A stretch of DNA of 64,000 bases from Promethearchaeota archaeon. Its GTDB lineage: Archaea > Asgardarchaeota > Lokiarchaeia > Sigyniarchaeales > SOKP01. The translations under genes and the position numbers were made by a program. Positions 9,403 to 19,215 of this stretch are shown one piece after another. Numbering within the stretch: position 1 is the stretch's first letter; every line of letters begins with the position of its first letter. Location of the stretch: assembly GCA_048938855.1 (NCBI GenBank), contig JBHLLT010000002.1, forward strand, positions 256,001 to 320,000. Reading direction: 5' to 3'. A model generated the notes under the pieces. That model was given only the letters and a program-made list of their open reading frames with translations, had not been told where the DNA came from and ran no database searches.

Positions 9403-10158
9403 ATGTTAATAGATATCCATTGTCATGCAAATCTTTATCTAGTTCTCGAAGAAATTGTAAATGAAGCAAAAAAAGCTGGAGTAGAAAAAATTATTTCTGT
9501 CGGGATGAGTTTTACAAGTTTGAAAAGAATATTAGAATTATCTGAAAGGTTTGAAATAATTTATCCTGCATTGGGGATCCATCCTGAGGAAGTAAGCATG
9601 AATAAAGAAATTAAAAACCAACTTGAGTCAGTAATAGATCTTATAAAAAAAAATGATGATAAAATTTGTGCTATAGGTGAAATTGGTTTAGATCATCATT
9701 TTGTTAAAGAAAAGGGATTGTATCCTCTTCAAAAAGAAATTTTTGAGGTAATGCTTGGTTTAGCTCAGGACCTAAATTTACCTGTAAATTTGCATACCAA
9801 AGGTGCAGAAAAATTAGTTTTTGAGATGCTTCCCTCTTATACTATTCCCAGCGTCAATATACATTGGTATTCTGGACCTGAAGAATTCCTAAATATAGGA
9901 ATAGATCGAGGTTACTACTTCTCAATTACACCCGCTATTAGTTATTCCCCTGCCGTGAAAAATACAGTTTTAAAAGTCGATAAAGAGTTTCTCCTCCTCG
10001 AAAGTGATGGTCCAGTAAAATATTCTGGAATCATTGGAACTCCTGCAATGATAAAAGATGTGTTAAGTTCGATTTCTAAATTAAAGGAAATTGATTCTAA
10101 AGAATTAGAAATGCAAATAGAGAGTAATACTAAAAAGATTTTTCCTAAGCTATTTTAA
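9403..10158 (+). CDS. tatD: TatD family nuclease
   Basis: DIHCH, GIHP, IGEIGLD, HWYSG, LLESDGP. Confidence 0.92.
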   Translation: MLIDIHCHANLYLVLEEIVNEAKKAGVEKIISVGMSFTSLKRILELSERFEIIYPALGIHPEEVSMNKEIKNQLESVIDLIKKNDDKICAIGEIGLDHHFVKEKGLYPLQKEIFEVMLGLAQDLNLPVNLHTKGAEKLVFEMLPSYTIPSVNIHWYSGPEEFLNIGIDRGYYFSITPAISYSPAVKNTVLKVDKEFLLLESDGPVKYSGIIGTPAMIKDVLSSISKLKEIDSKELEMQIESNTKKIFPKLF

Positions 10159-10177
10159 GCAATAATGAAGTAATTAT

Positions 10178-11182
10178 TTACTCTCTTTCCATAAAATTAA
10201 TAATTTCTTCAGGAAGTTCTTTTTTATTTTTCATACGGTTTAACATATCTTTTACTTCAGAGATAGAGTTTCCATAAATATGTAATGAGTTACTAAAATC
10301 TAAATAATGACCAATTTGGACGCCAAGTTGATCTGCAACGTATTTTTGAATTCTAATCATTCCATTTACATTAGCTTCCCAAGCTCTGAATAAATCTCTA
10401 CTTCTCCAAGTTGTTTGCATTATTAACTTATCCTCTTTAATACGCATATAAATCCTTTGTAAGCAAGGAGGATCTATATGAAAAGGATCAACTAATGGTC
10501 TCCATGTAATTGCTTGAGCTCTACGACTGTATGGTTTTTCTTGTAACTTTTCAATAATGTAATTGATTTGATTGATTCTCGGAAATTCAAAAAGACCCAT
10601 TGGAATTTCTTCCAAACCAATTTGTTCTGAAATTTCCTTATCTAAGTCTAATTCAAAACCACTCTTCAAATTCCAGATATTAGAATCACCTATACTTTTC
10701 ACTTTTTCAGCTTTTATTAATTTCTGATGTTTTTTCACAACTTCTTTATCAATAGTTTTGAGATCATAATTTTTATGAATTGTATCTTCAATAGAGTAAG
10801 GAGCATAATTATAAATTCTGTCATGATAAGAGTAGGGAAAGCTTACATCAGAGTCACTTAACAAATTATCGTTTATCCCCTCCATAATTTCTTCAATATA
10901 TCCACTCTGGATAGAGCCTATCAAGTAAGTGTCAGCCAAACATCCATAAACCTCATATGAATTACCAAATTTCGATCGAATTTTCATGATCTTATTGTTA
11001 CGCATAATAGGATTGCTCAAAGGTTCTGTGATTTCTATTAAAACAGTAGCATCTTTTGAAGGTGGGTCTTCTGGTCTATCATATTCAGTTTTTATATCAT
11101 CACCTAAGAATAAAACCTTTCCAACAGCAGAAAGCCAGGCATCTCCAATATTATTTTTAGAAATAAAAAAAACTTTAGCCAT
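10178..11182 (-). CDS. thyA: Archaeal-type thymidylate synthase family protein with an internal insertion
   Basis: YSYHDR, SRRAQAITW, PPCLQ, WRSRD, NSLHIY. Confidence 0.85.
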   Translation of the reverse strand: MAKVFFISKNNIGDAWLSAVGKVLFLGDDIKTEYDRPEDPPSKDATVLIEITEPLSNPIMRNNKIMKIRSKFGNSYEVYGCLADTYLIGSIQSGYIEEIMEGINDNLLSDSDVSFPYSYHDRIYNYAPYSIEDTIHKNYDLKTIDKEVVKKHQKLIKAEKVKSIGDSNIWNLKSGFELDLDKEISEQIGLEEIPMGLFEFPRINQINYIIEKLQEKPYSRRAQAITWRPLVDPFHIDPPCLQRIYMRIKEDKLIMQTTWRSRDLFRAWEANVNGMIRIQKYVADQLGVQIGHYLDFSNSLHIYGNSISEVKDMLNRMKNKKELPEEIINFMERE

Positions 11183-11243
11183 TTTTAAACAACTATAGAT
11201 ATAATTCAGTTTAGAATGATATTGATATTTAATAATTAAATTA

Positions 11244-11280
11244 TTAGAATTTTATTATTACAAATTTAATAAAATTCTAA
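11244..11280. promoter_or_regulatory. Perfect 14-bp inverted repeat in a divergent promoter region
   Basis: TTAGAATTTTATTA-N9-TAATAAAATTCTAA. Confidence 0.5.
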
Positions 11281-11401
11281 AGAGTATAATAAATTATCAT
11301 TTAAGCTTTATACAAATATTTAAAAAAACCAAATTTTCATTATTTTATTAAGAAGAATATATTTTTTAAATCAAAGTATTGTAAAAAAGAGTGAAAGAAT
11401 T

Positions 11402-11572
11402 ATGGGTGGATTCGGCAAGAAACTCAAGAAGGGCTTCGCAAAAGTTGCTGGGGGGATTGTGGAAGATGTTACGGGATCAGAGGCAGCGGGAAAAGGTGTG
11501 AAAAAGGCTGTTAAAAAAGGCAGTGTAAAAAAAGGTGTCAAGAAAGCAATTGAAGAAGCACAAGATGATTAA
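11402..11572 (+). CDS. Small Lys/Gly-rich protein (56 aa), absent from the ORF track
   Basis: MGGFGKKLKKGFAKVAGGIVEDVTGSEAAGKGVKKAVKKGSVKKGVKKAIEEAQDD; GC-richer island in AT-rich spacer, followed by a T-tract. Confidence 0.8.
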   Translation: MGGFGKKLKKGFAKVAGGIVEDVTGSEAAGKGVKKAVKKGSVKKGVKKAIEEAQDD

Positions 11573-11690
11573 AACCAAATTATTATTTAAAAACTTCTTT
11601 ATTCTTTTTATTTTTTATTAACATCAAATTTTTAATCATATAATACTTTTAAAATCATAATTCAATTCAATAGAAGGGTTTAATAAAAAA

Positions 11691-11981
11691 TTGAAGTTAA
11701 ATCTTGAATTTTCTCCACCATTTAATGAGGTAACTAAAAATATTAATGTAAGTTTTGAATTTGATAATGAATTGACTTTAAATAAATTAATAGAATTTTT
11801 TGGACAGAAGTTTGGAGACAAATTTTTAGATTTAGTTTGGGAAAATGGAGAGAAAGGAAAATTTAACAAACTTCTTTCAATTATTATTAATGGGAGAAGT
11901 TATCGGCATGATAATTTTTTGGAAACTAAGTTAAAAGATGGAGACCAAGTTGTCTTTATTTACATATATTTTGGTGGATAA
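11691..11981 (+). CDS. MoaD/ThiS/SAMP ubiquitin-like protein
   Basis: Beta-grasp pattern IIINGR...LKDGDQV and C-terminal GG. Confidence 0.85.
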   Translation: MKLNLEFSPPFNEVTKNINVSFEFDNELTLNKLIEFFGQKFGDKFLDLVWENGEKGKFNKLLSIIINGRSYRHDNFLETKLKDGDQVVFIYIYFGG

Positions 11982-12004
11982 AATTATCAAAAAGAATTAA
12001 TTTT

Positions 12005-13036
12005 TTAAAGTAAATATATTATCCACATAGCAATTCCTGTTAACAGAGGATTTAGAATATTATCAGAGATATTCTTGATATAAGCATCTATAAGCATAAA
12101 CACAATTGTTGCTGCAAAACTCATAAATATAATTCTTTCAATAGTTACTGGCATCCAAGGATAATAGAAAATCAAAATCAGGAATACTATTATAAATGTT
12201 GATAAACCTCCTGCAACAAGACCTTCCACAGTTTTTTTAGAATTAGTCCTGAGATGATGCTTACCAAATTTTTTTCCTATAATGCAAGCTACGCCATCTG
12301 AACCAGTAGTAATTAGGGCAACAGCAATAAATATAGGAAAGGGGGCAAAAATAAATGGTGAAAACGATAAAACTAGTGGTGTAGAAGCTATAAATGTATG
12401 TAATTCGCTCTGTTTCATATCTGAATACCACTTCCTTGCCCAGTTAGGCAGCATATAATATTTACTCAACCGAGTAAGGTCTGCTACTTGAAACATGAAG
12501 ACAAAGCCATAACCAATAGTAATTATTAACCAATATGAAAAACTATAATTATCTAAACCCCAATCAGTTAAAACTCCTAGATCATTCAGTATAATACCCA
12601 AAGTCCAGAAGATAAAAATCACTAGGAAGGTGAATAAATGTAGAAATTTTCTTCCTAATTCACTTTTTATGTCATCTACCCAATTCTTGTTAAATTCTTC
12701 ACAAAATTTATCATAATCTCTTTCTGCCATAATTTCAGGGTTTTTTTTTGAAATAATTGCATTATATATTAATACAAACGACCAAACAACCATTTCAATT
12801 ATAAAAAAAATAGAAGTCGTAGTCCATAAGAAATTTAAAGAATTTTGACTTAAACTAGGAGAATGAGATTGATACATGAAAGGAAACAAGATACCTGCTA
12901 TTAGAAATAGTAATGCAATCAAAATTTCATTTGTAAAAATGTGATTCTCTATCTTTATTTTTATATTTTTCAGCGTATAAATTAATGTTAAAACTGAATA
13001 TCCGATTAAAATTAGGATGGGAGCTATAAAGAACAT
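12005..13036 (-). CDS. Dolichol/phytol kinase-like CTP-dependent membrane kinase
   Basis: ELGRKFLH, SDGVACIIGKKFGK, KKTVEG, SDNILNP. Confidence 0.8.
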   Translation of the reverse strand: MFFIAPILILIGYSVLTLIYTLKNIKIKIENHIFTNEILIALLFLIAGILFPFMYQSHSPSLSQNSLNFLWTTTSIFFIIEMVVWSFVLIYNAIISKKNPEIMAERDYDKFCEEFNKNWVDDIKSELGRKFLHLFTFLVIFIFWTLGIILNDLGVLTDWGLDNYSFSYWLIITIGYGFVFMFQVADLTRLSKYYMLPNWARKWYSDMKQSELHTFIASTPLVLSFSPFIFAPFPIFIAVALITTGSDGVACIIGKKFGKHHLRTNSKKTVEGLVAGGLSTFIIVFLILIFYYPWMPVTIERIIFMSFAATIVFMLIDAYIKNISDNILNPLLTGIAMWIIYLL

Positions 13037-13040
13037 TGTT

Positions 13041-14144
13041 TCAAATCCAAAATATTATGATTGTATAATAATCTAAATTAAAAAAGAACCGTACAATTAG
13101 ATATATAAGACTAAAACTTATCGGTATTAATAAATTATCTGATATCTTAAATGGTTTAGCTGTGAAAATATCAATTAATAAAAATACCACAGTAAAAATT
13201 AACGACCAATAAAAACCAACAAATAAAAATCCAATAACTAATGTAATTAGTGTACCTGCAATCGTACCTTCCCAGGTCTTTTTTTGATTCCATTTAATAC
13301 GACTTTTTCCAAATCTTATCCCAATTTGACTCGTCATTAAATCACTAATTGAAGCAGTACCTAATATCATAAAATAAACCATAGGAGGACAGACGAAAGC
13401 AGCAAACATCTGCCCAATTGAGAAATATAAATATGTTCCATAATTTTGTTTCTCATATTCAGAAAGATAAATTTTGGTGAAAAATGTAAATGGAAAAGAA
13501 AATCTTTTGGATTTACGGGCAAATTCATTTGATAACATAAACATACTCATAATATAGAAAAAGAAAAATAGGATATAATAAAACCACCCTAATGAAAAAA
13601 GTACATTTTTAATTGAATATGGTTCGCTCCAAATTCTCAAATATAATAAAATCATATTATTCTCTTCTGGAATCATTCCTGTTGAGGATCCAGAAAATAT
13701 ATTAGCAATAACTAACCCGATATACCACACAAATAGAAGACCTAAAAATATTAAAACATGATTTATTTTCCTAAGAGTATCTTTCTTAGCTTTACTCCAG
13801 TTTTTTCTTTTTTCCTGTAATTTATTACTTAACTCTCCAAATACTCTTTGAAAATCCCCTTTTGTCAATTTTATAACTCCTGTGGAAATTAATACTAGAA
13901 TTCCCACAAGTAACATAGGAACTCCCAACATTAGCAACCATAGTGGAATGAAAAATGGTTGAAGAGATAGATCTAAATTCATAATTATTAGAAATAATAA
14001 TATATGGAAAAAAACGCATAATAATGATGTAAATCCAAATAAGTTATTCAAATAGTCTGGTTTATACGAAAAATGAATGTATAAATAAAGAATAAATGAA
14101 TAAGATAGGATTAATAAATATAAACAGACAGCAAAGAGCAACAT
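13041..14144 (-). CDS. Dolichol/phytol kinase-like CTP-dependent membrane kinase (paralog)
   Basis: DTLRKINH, SDLMTSQIGIRFGK, KKTWEG, SDNLLIP. Confidence 0.8.
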   Translation of the reverse strand: MLLFAVCLYLLILSYSFILYLYIHFSYKPDYLNNLFGFTSLLCVFFHILLFLIIMNLDLSLQPFFIPLWLLMLGVPMLLVGILVLISTGVIKLTKGDFQRVFGELSNKLQEKRKNWSKAKKDTLRKINHVLIFLGLLFVWYIGLVIANIFSGSSTGMIPEENNMILLYLRIWSEPYSIKNVLFSLGWFYYILFFFFYIMSMFMLSNEFARKSKRFSFPFTFFTKIYLSEYEKQNYGTYLYFSIGQMFAAFVCPPMVYFMILGTASISDLMTSQIGIRFGKSRIKWNQKKTWEGTIAGTLITLVIGFLFVGFYWSLIFTVVFLLIDIFTAKPFKISDNLLIPISFSLIYLIVRFFFNLDYYTIIIFWI

Positions 14145-14294
14145 TATTCTTAGTACTTATGTTTTGTTTATTATATATTTGTACTTTGAAATTAATTAAA
14201 TTTTTAATTTAGAAATTAATTGGATAAAAAAATTTACAAAAAAAATACTCTTATAGTAATTTAGTCTTCAATTGTAAAAAATCTGGAATAACAA

Positions 14295-14903
14295 ATGAAA
14301 AAAATCATTTTAGCCTCAAAATCAAATGATCGAAGTGAAATCCTTAAACGAGCGGGGATTCCATTTGAAGTATTTGTAACTCACGTGGAGGAACAGAAGT
14401 ATAAAAAAAAATATTCAAACCCTATAATACTCGTAAAAAAACTCGCAAAAGCGAAAGCAAATTTTGCAAGAAAAGAAGTTTCAAAGAAGAAACTTGACGC
14501 AATAATTATTGCTGCTGATACAATAGTTGTCCTTGATGGTGAAGTTATTGGTAAACCACAAAGTGAGGAAGAAGCATTTAAAATGTTAAAAAAGTTAATC
14601 GGACGGAATCATGAATTAATAACTGGAATAGCTATAACAGAAACAAATAACTCAAAGATAATTATTGATTCTGATGTTACTTATGTTCAATTTCTTAAAC
14701 TTTCTGACCAAGAAATTAGATCTTATATGAAGTTTAATGAATGGAGAGGACGAGCTGGAGCATACTCAATAAGAGATAAAGCAAGTTTGTTTATAGAGAA
14801 GATTGAAGGATCTTCGTCCAATGTAATTGGCTTTCCTATGCATAAATTGTTTGAAATATTAAAAGAAGATTTTAAACTAAATCTTTTGCAGTTAAAGCGA
14901 TAA
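14295..14903 (+). CDS. maf: Maf family nucleoside triphosphate pyrophosphatase
   Basis: IILASKS..R, AADTIV, GKP, RAGAYSI, NVIGFP. Confidence 0.92.
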   Translation: MKKIILASKSNDRSEILKRAGIPFEVFVTHVEEQKYKKKYSNPIILVKKLAKAKANFARKEVSKKKLDAIIIAADTIVVLDGEVIGKPQSEEEAFKMLKKLIGRNHELITGIAITETNNSKIIIDSDVTYVQFLKLSDQEIRSYMKFNEWRGRAGAYSIRDKASLFIEKIEGSSSNVIGFPMHKLFEILKEDFKLNLLQLKR

Positions 14904-14932
14904 TAATAATAATCCTAAAGAGAAATTTCAGT

Positions 14933-15103
14933 TTAGATCTCTGAATATTTCTTCCACAACTTTAAATCTTCATAAAATTTTAAGATTCTTTCAAATTTGG
15001 AAATTAAATCGTTATAATAATCAAGATCTGCATACTTTTTTGTTGAAATTTCTTTTGCGAGATCAATACTATTTTTGTACCTTATGATTTTTTCTTCAAT
15101 CAC
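14933..15103 (-). CDS. Small hypothetical protein (56 aa), absent from the ORF track
   Basis: GTG start; MIEEKIIRYKNSIDLAKEISTKKYADLDYYNDLISKFERILKFYEDLKLWKKYSEI; fills the gap downstream of the DUF1028 gene. Confidence 0.6.
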   Translation of the reverse strand: MIEEKIIRYKNSIDLAKEISTKKYADLDYYNDLISKFERILKFYEDLKLWKKYSEI

Positions 15104-15180
15104 ATTTCTTTCTCAAACGTGATCCTATTTAAAACACAAAGATATCACCATAATATTAAATTAAAAAAAATTTGGTTATG

Positions 15181-16125
15181 CTACCGTAGGGATAATATTT
15201 TTTTCAAATCATTCTTATTTACATTTAGTAATTCTGAATGAGGAAGCCTTTCTGTAAGTGACCGCCAATTATTATCTTTTTTAAATATTTTTTTAAATAA
15301 TTTTAACGCTTCTTCCAACTTGTTTTGGTTAGCTAATGAAACTGCTGTCCAGTAAGTCATTTCAAGATTTTCTGGAAACATATTTTGTGCAGCATCATAT
15401 TCTTTAAGCGCTTTTGCCATATCGCCTTTTTCTATAGCGAGATCTCCATTATTCATATGTTCATATGCCCTAAATATAGTTAATAATCTGTTTAATTCTT
15501 TCAATGGATCAATATGATCCTCTACTCGGAGATCAATAATTGGATCCTCCCATTTATTTTCAGTAGGGTTACCAGCAACTATTAATAACGCAGCAGATTG
15601 CTTACCTCTTATATCTCCTCCGACAGACTCAGCTGCATCTAAGCATTTAATAATTCGCTCTGGCAATGGTAAAATTTTAAATTTTTCAAAAGCCTCCGCC
15701 ATCGCTGCCCATACTTTTTCAGAAAACATCATATTTGCTTGAACGGAAACATTATCACCAATTTTATGACCGGCATGCTTAATACATTTTGATCCCGTAT
15801 GAGTAGCCACACGACCTTGATAATCTAGTATTGCTAATTGTCTTACTTCTCTTCCTTCATCATCAGAAAGTAGTATATCTATTGCTTCTTGTGGTGATTT
15901 GCCCTGCTTTAACAGATCAAGCCCTCTTAAACCAAAAGATTTGTTAACTAATGATTGCGTTGCTACAACTCCTACTCCTGCTTCTCCCCATGAAACAACA
16001 CTCCCAACTGAAAACCAATGACTTTGGACACCAACCCCCATTTCTCCCGTCTTAGGATCTCTAGCAACTATAGAATAGGTATGTGTGAAAATGTTCTTTT
16101 TAGATTGATTACTCTTAAAAATCAT
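15181..16125 (-). CDS. DUF1028 (Ntn-hydrolase-like) protein with C-terminal TPR
   Basis: TYSIVARDP, GVVATQ, GGDIRGKQSAAL, DLRVEDH; TPR-like helices at C-terminus. Confidence 0.88.
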   Translation of the reverse strand: MIFKSNQSKKNIFTHTYSIVARDPKTGEMGVGVQSHWFSVGSVVSWGEAGVGVVATQSLVNKSFGLRGLDLLKQGKSPQEAIDILLSDDEGREVRQLAILDYQGRVATHTGSKCIKHAGHKIGDNVSVQANMMFSEKVWAAMAEAFEKFKILPLPERIIKCLDAAESVGGDIRGKQSAALLIVAGNPTENKWEDPIIDLRVEDHIDPLKELNRLLTIFRAYEHMNNGDLAIEKGDMAKALKEYDAAQNMFPENLEMTYWTAVSLANQNKLEEALKLFKKIFKKDNNWRSLTERLPHSELLNVNKNDLKKILSLR

Positions 16126-16246
16126 AATTATTAGATTGGTTATATCGTAAATAAAGTTTTATTATTTATTTAGAAGGGAAAACATTAAATTCTTGTATAA
16201 TTTAGAAAATTAATAAAAATCAATATTTCAAATGAGATGATACAAA

Positions 16247-16576
16247 GTGACTAAGAAATATAAAAATGAAAATTTAATGAAATTTCTAACTGTTGTCGGG
16301 GGTTTAGTAGCTTTAGCCAGTCAAATATTTGCAATTGCTGGAATTCAATGGATAATTCCACATTATGTAGGATTCTATGATCTTATTTATGCTATTATCG
16401 GAATTGTTATTTCAGTTATCACAATTTATACTGCTATTAAACCTAATAATCCCTTTCCATTTCATTGGTTATTTCTATTTGTTTTAGGAATACTCCTTGT
16501 GATTTTTGCTGGGGGAATAATAGCTTGCGTACTTTTAGTTATTGCCGCTCTTATTGGATTAATTGAAGTATTATAG
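16247..16576 (+). CDS. Small membrane protein
   Basis: 3-4 hydrophobic helices. Confidence 0.7.
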   Translation: MTKKYKNENLMKFLTVVGGLVALASQIFAIAGIQWIIPHYVGFYDLIYAIIGIVISVITIYTAIKPNNPFPFHWLFLFVLGILLVIFAGGIIACVLLVIAALIGLIEVL

Positions 16577-16641
16577 TAAAGATTTATAAAATTGTTTCTG
16601 GAAATAATTTAAAATCCTTTCTTTTTATTATATTTTAATGA

Positions 16642-17514
16642 TTAAATATTTACGCGTTGTAAAAAGTAATTCACAATTTCACTCGCGAGATTCTTATCAG
16701 TAACCCTTTGTAAGCCAGTAAATCCTGGAATCGAATTAACTTCTAGCACCATATATCCTTTTTCTGACTCAATTATATCTACTCCAGCAATTTCAGTACC
16801 AGTTATTTTTGCTGAATTAATTGCTAGATTCTCCAATTCTTTTGTTATTTCTATGGATTTAGCTTCTGCTCCAGCAGAAATATTAGTTTTCCAGTTATCA
16901 CTTATTCTATACATTCCAGCAATTGCATTTTCTCCCAAAACAAGAATTCTTATGTCTCGATTGTAATGTTCAATAAACTCTTGTAAATAAAATACTTGGT
17001 TTAGTTTCCCTAGAGAATATATTACATTTTCCGCAAAAGCCTTATCATTCAGTCGCACTATTCCGACTCCTTTTGAACCATATAGAGGTTTTAGCACACA
17101 ATCCCCGCCTAACTCATCAAAGGCATCTAATGCTTTATATGGATCCTCACAAATTATTGTTTTAGGTGTAGGAATATTGTAATTCTCTAAAAAAACTGAT
17201 GTTAGAAACTTATCACTCGCGATCTCTAAGGATTCTCTTGAGTTGATTAATTTAACATTAAATTCCTCTATAGCACGTAAAATATCAAGCCTAAAGAATA
17301 TTTTTTGGGTAACTCCTGCTCCAAAACCTCTTACCAGTGCTGCTTTAGGCTTTATAGATTCAAATTGCTTGTAAAAGCTACGTTGGAGTCCAACATCTAC
17401 CATAATAGATGAGGGAACAAAGTATTGGACATTATATCCAAGTTTTTTAAACTCCGCAGAGAGAAGCTGCACTTCGGGGTCGTCCGAATTTGGAGTTATA
17501 ATCATTGATTTCAT
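16642..17514 (-). CDS. RimK-family ATP-grasp ligase (alpha-L-glutamate ligase type)
   Basis: SDKF, VLKPLYGSKGVG, QEFI, WKTN, GVDI, LEVNSIPG. Confidence 0.9.
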   Translation of the reverse strand: MKSMIITPNSDDPEVQLLSAEFKKLGYNVQYFVPSSIMVDVGLQRSFYKQFESIKPKAALVRGFGAGVTQKIFFRLDILRAIEEFNVKLINSRESLEIASDKFLTSVFLENYNIPTPKTIICEDPYKALDAFDELGGDCVLKPLYGSKGVGIVRLNDKAFAENVIYSLGKLNQVFYLQEFIEHYNRDIRILVLGENAIAGMYRISDNWKTNISAGAEAKSIEITKELENLAINSAKITGTEIAGVDIIESEKGYMVLEVNSIPGFTGLQRVTDKNLASEIVNYFLQRVNI

Positions 17515-17595
17515 TTCAATTTCACTTTAAAATAAATTACTTAATTAATTTATAGCACTAATTTTTAAATAAATTTAAGTTCTTAAAAAACATAT

Positions 17596-18225
17596 ATGAA
17601 ATCAATGGATCCTAAAGACACTGAAAAAGAAATTGAGAAACTATCAAGTATGCTAAGTAAGATTCAGAATATATATTATAAAAAGAAAGAAGATCTTGAA
17701 GAATTAAAATTAGAAATAGATGAATTAAGGGATGTATTAAATGTATTAAATACTCTTGTTTCAGGGAAATCATTTCAAAGCGCAGATGAGATTTATTCAA
17801 AAGTACTGGCTAAAAAAACAGATCTACAAACTGATGATGAATATTTCGTTGAAGAAATTTCAAGAGAAAAGGTTGAGGGTACGAACATTAAAAGAAAAAT
17901 TTTTTCTAAAAATAAGGATAATGATGAGGAGTTATTATGCGTTTTAAATTTCTATGATTTTAATAGAGTTGAAATTAAATTTATTGATCCAGAGAAGAGA
18001 ACAGTTAAAGAAACTTCCGAAGATTTTATTCAAATCTTTTTAAAAGGAGCCTTGATCAAAATAAAGGAAAATAATCCTCAGTTAAGTGTAGATTATGATT
18101 ATTTTAGAAAGACTGGATTTATTGAAAAAATGTCTATTAAAGGCTTAAAATCAATTAAAGATTATGATATTATCACCTCAAAAATGAGAGAGCTTTTAGC
18201 TAAAGAAATAAGTTTGAATAGCTAA
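17596..18225 (+). CDS. Hypothetical protein with N-terminal coiled coil
   Basis: 209-aa ORF; heptad pattern in first 55 aa. Confidence 0.75.
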   Translation: MKSMDPKDTEKEIEKLSSMLSKIQNIYYKKKEDLEELKLEIDELRDVLNVLNTLVSGKSFQSADEIYSKVLAKKTDLQTDDEYFVEEISREKVEGTNIKRKIFSKNKDNDEELLCVLNFYDFNRVEIKFIDPEKRTVKETSEDFIQIFLKGALIKIKENNPQLSVDYDYFRKTGFIEKMSIKGLKSIKDYDIITSKMRELLAKEISLNS

Positions 18226-18400
18226 AATATATTATTACGTTTTTGAATTATATAAATTGAGAAAAACTCAATTAAGCTGACACTTTTTATATACAAAATA
18301 TTATATTGAGATAATATATTGTTTAATTAAAATACAAAAAATTAATTATTCAGCAACTTTTTTTTAATTTAACCAATTTACCATAAGGAAAATATTAACT

Positions 18401-19213
18401 ATGGCAAAAAAAAAATTGTTATTACCCATGCCAGTGGTGCATTCTAGATTTCATGATGAGAAATTAGAGAGTGTCTTAATTAGAAAGTCATTAGATTTTT
18501 TAACTGGTGAAAAAGCTGATGCACCTTCATTCTTATTTCTTTCGGGAGCTTTTTTTGATGTAAAATCATTTGCGTATTCTGGATTAAGGGCTTGGAAAGG
18601 TGCGGTAAAACCCTCAGAAGATGATGGAGGAAGGAGACCAGTACTGGAAGCCACATTTGCTTCATTATCTGTGTATTTAAGCTCATTATTAGCATTACAA
18701 TCAGATTTTTACTTCGCATATGATGAAATAAAAGAGATCTTGCTTGAAAAAAAAAGGGAAGATCTCTGGACCATTGTCTCAGAAAAGTTACCTTTCATTT
18801 CCATACCTCCAAAAGAAATGTATGGAACTCAAGTATCACCAATTTCCCCATATTTCATAATTAAACAAGATGAAGAGTTGACATTAGGGGAGATTTATCC
18901 ATCTGCTTATTTAACTCAAGTTATAAGAAATATTAAAACAAGATTTTTCATCTTTTTCCAATATCAAGGATATTCTGCTTTTGGATTTTTCAATGCTCTC
19001 CCTGATTTATCAAAATTTGGATTTGATGAGCATGTGAATGATTTTACTGATGAACCTACAGCAGAGAATTTAATTAAATATTCAAAAAATGCAAAAAATG
19101 TAAAAGAAATACTAGTTGCATTAATTCATGCGCACAATAATGCTTTACTTGAACAGTTTCTAATACCAGATTATGAACTACTCTTGAATAAACTATTGGA
19201 GGGTGAAGGATAA
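18401..19213 (+). CDS. Hypothetical protein, operonic with small GTPase
   Basis: 270-aa ORF ending 2 nt before the GTPase start; GGAGGGTGA SD-like sequence in its 3' end. Confidence 0.8.
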   Translation: MAKKKLLLPMPVVHSRFHDEKLESVLIRKSLDFLTGEKADAPSFLFLSGAFFDVKSFAYSGLRAWKGAVKPSEDDGGRRPVLEATFASLSVYLSSLLALQSDFYFAYDEIKEILLEKKREDLWTIVSEKLPFISIPPKEMYGTQVSPISPYFIIKQDEELTLGEIYPSAYLTQVIRNIKTRFFIFFQYQGYSAFGFFNALPDLSKFGFDEHVNDFTDEPTAENLIKYSKNAKNVKEILVALIHAHNNALLEQFLIPDYELLLNKLLEGEG

Positions 19214-19215
19214 AA

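Noticed and set aside
14901-14913. TAA repeat after maf
   Set aside because: Trivial microsatellite of stop codons.
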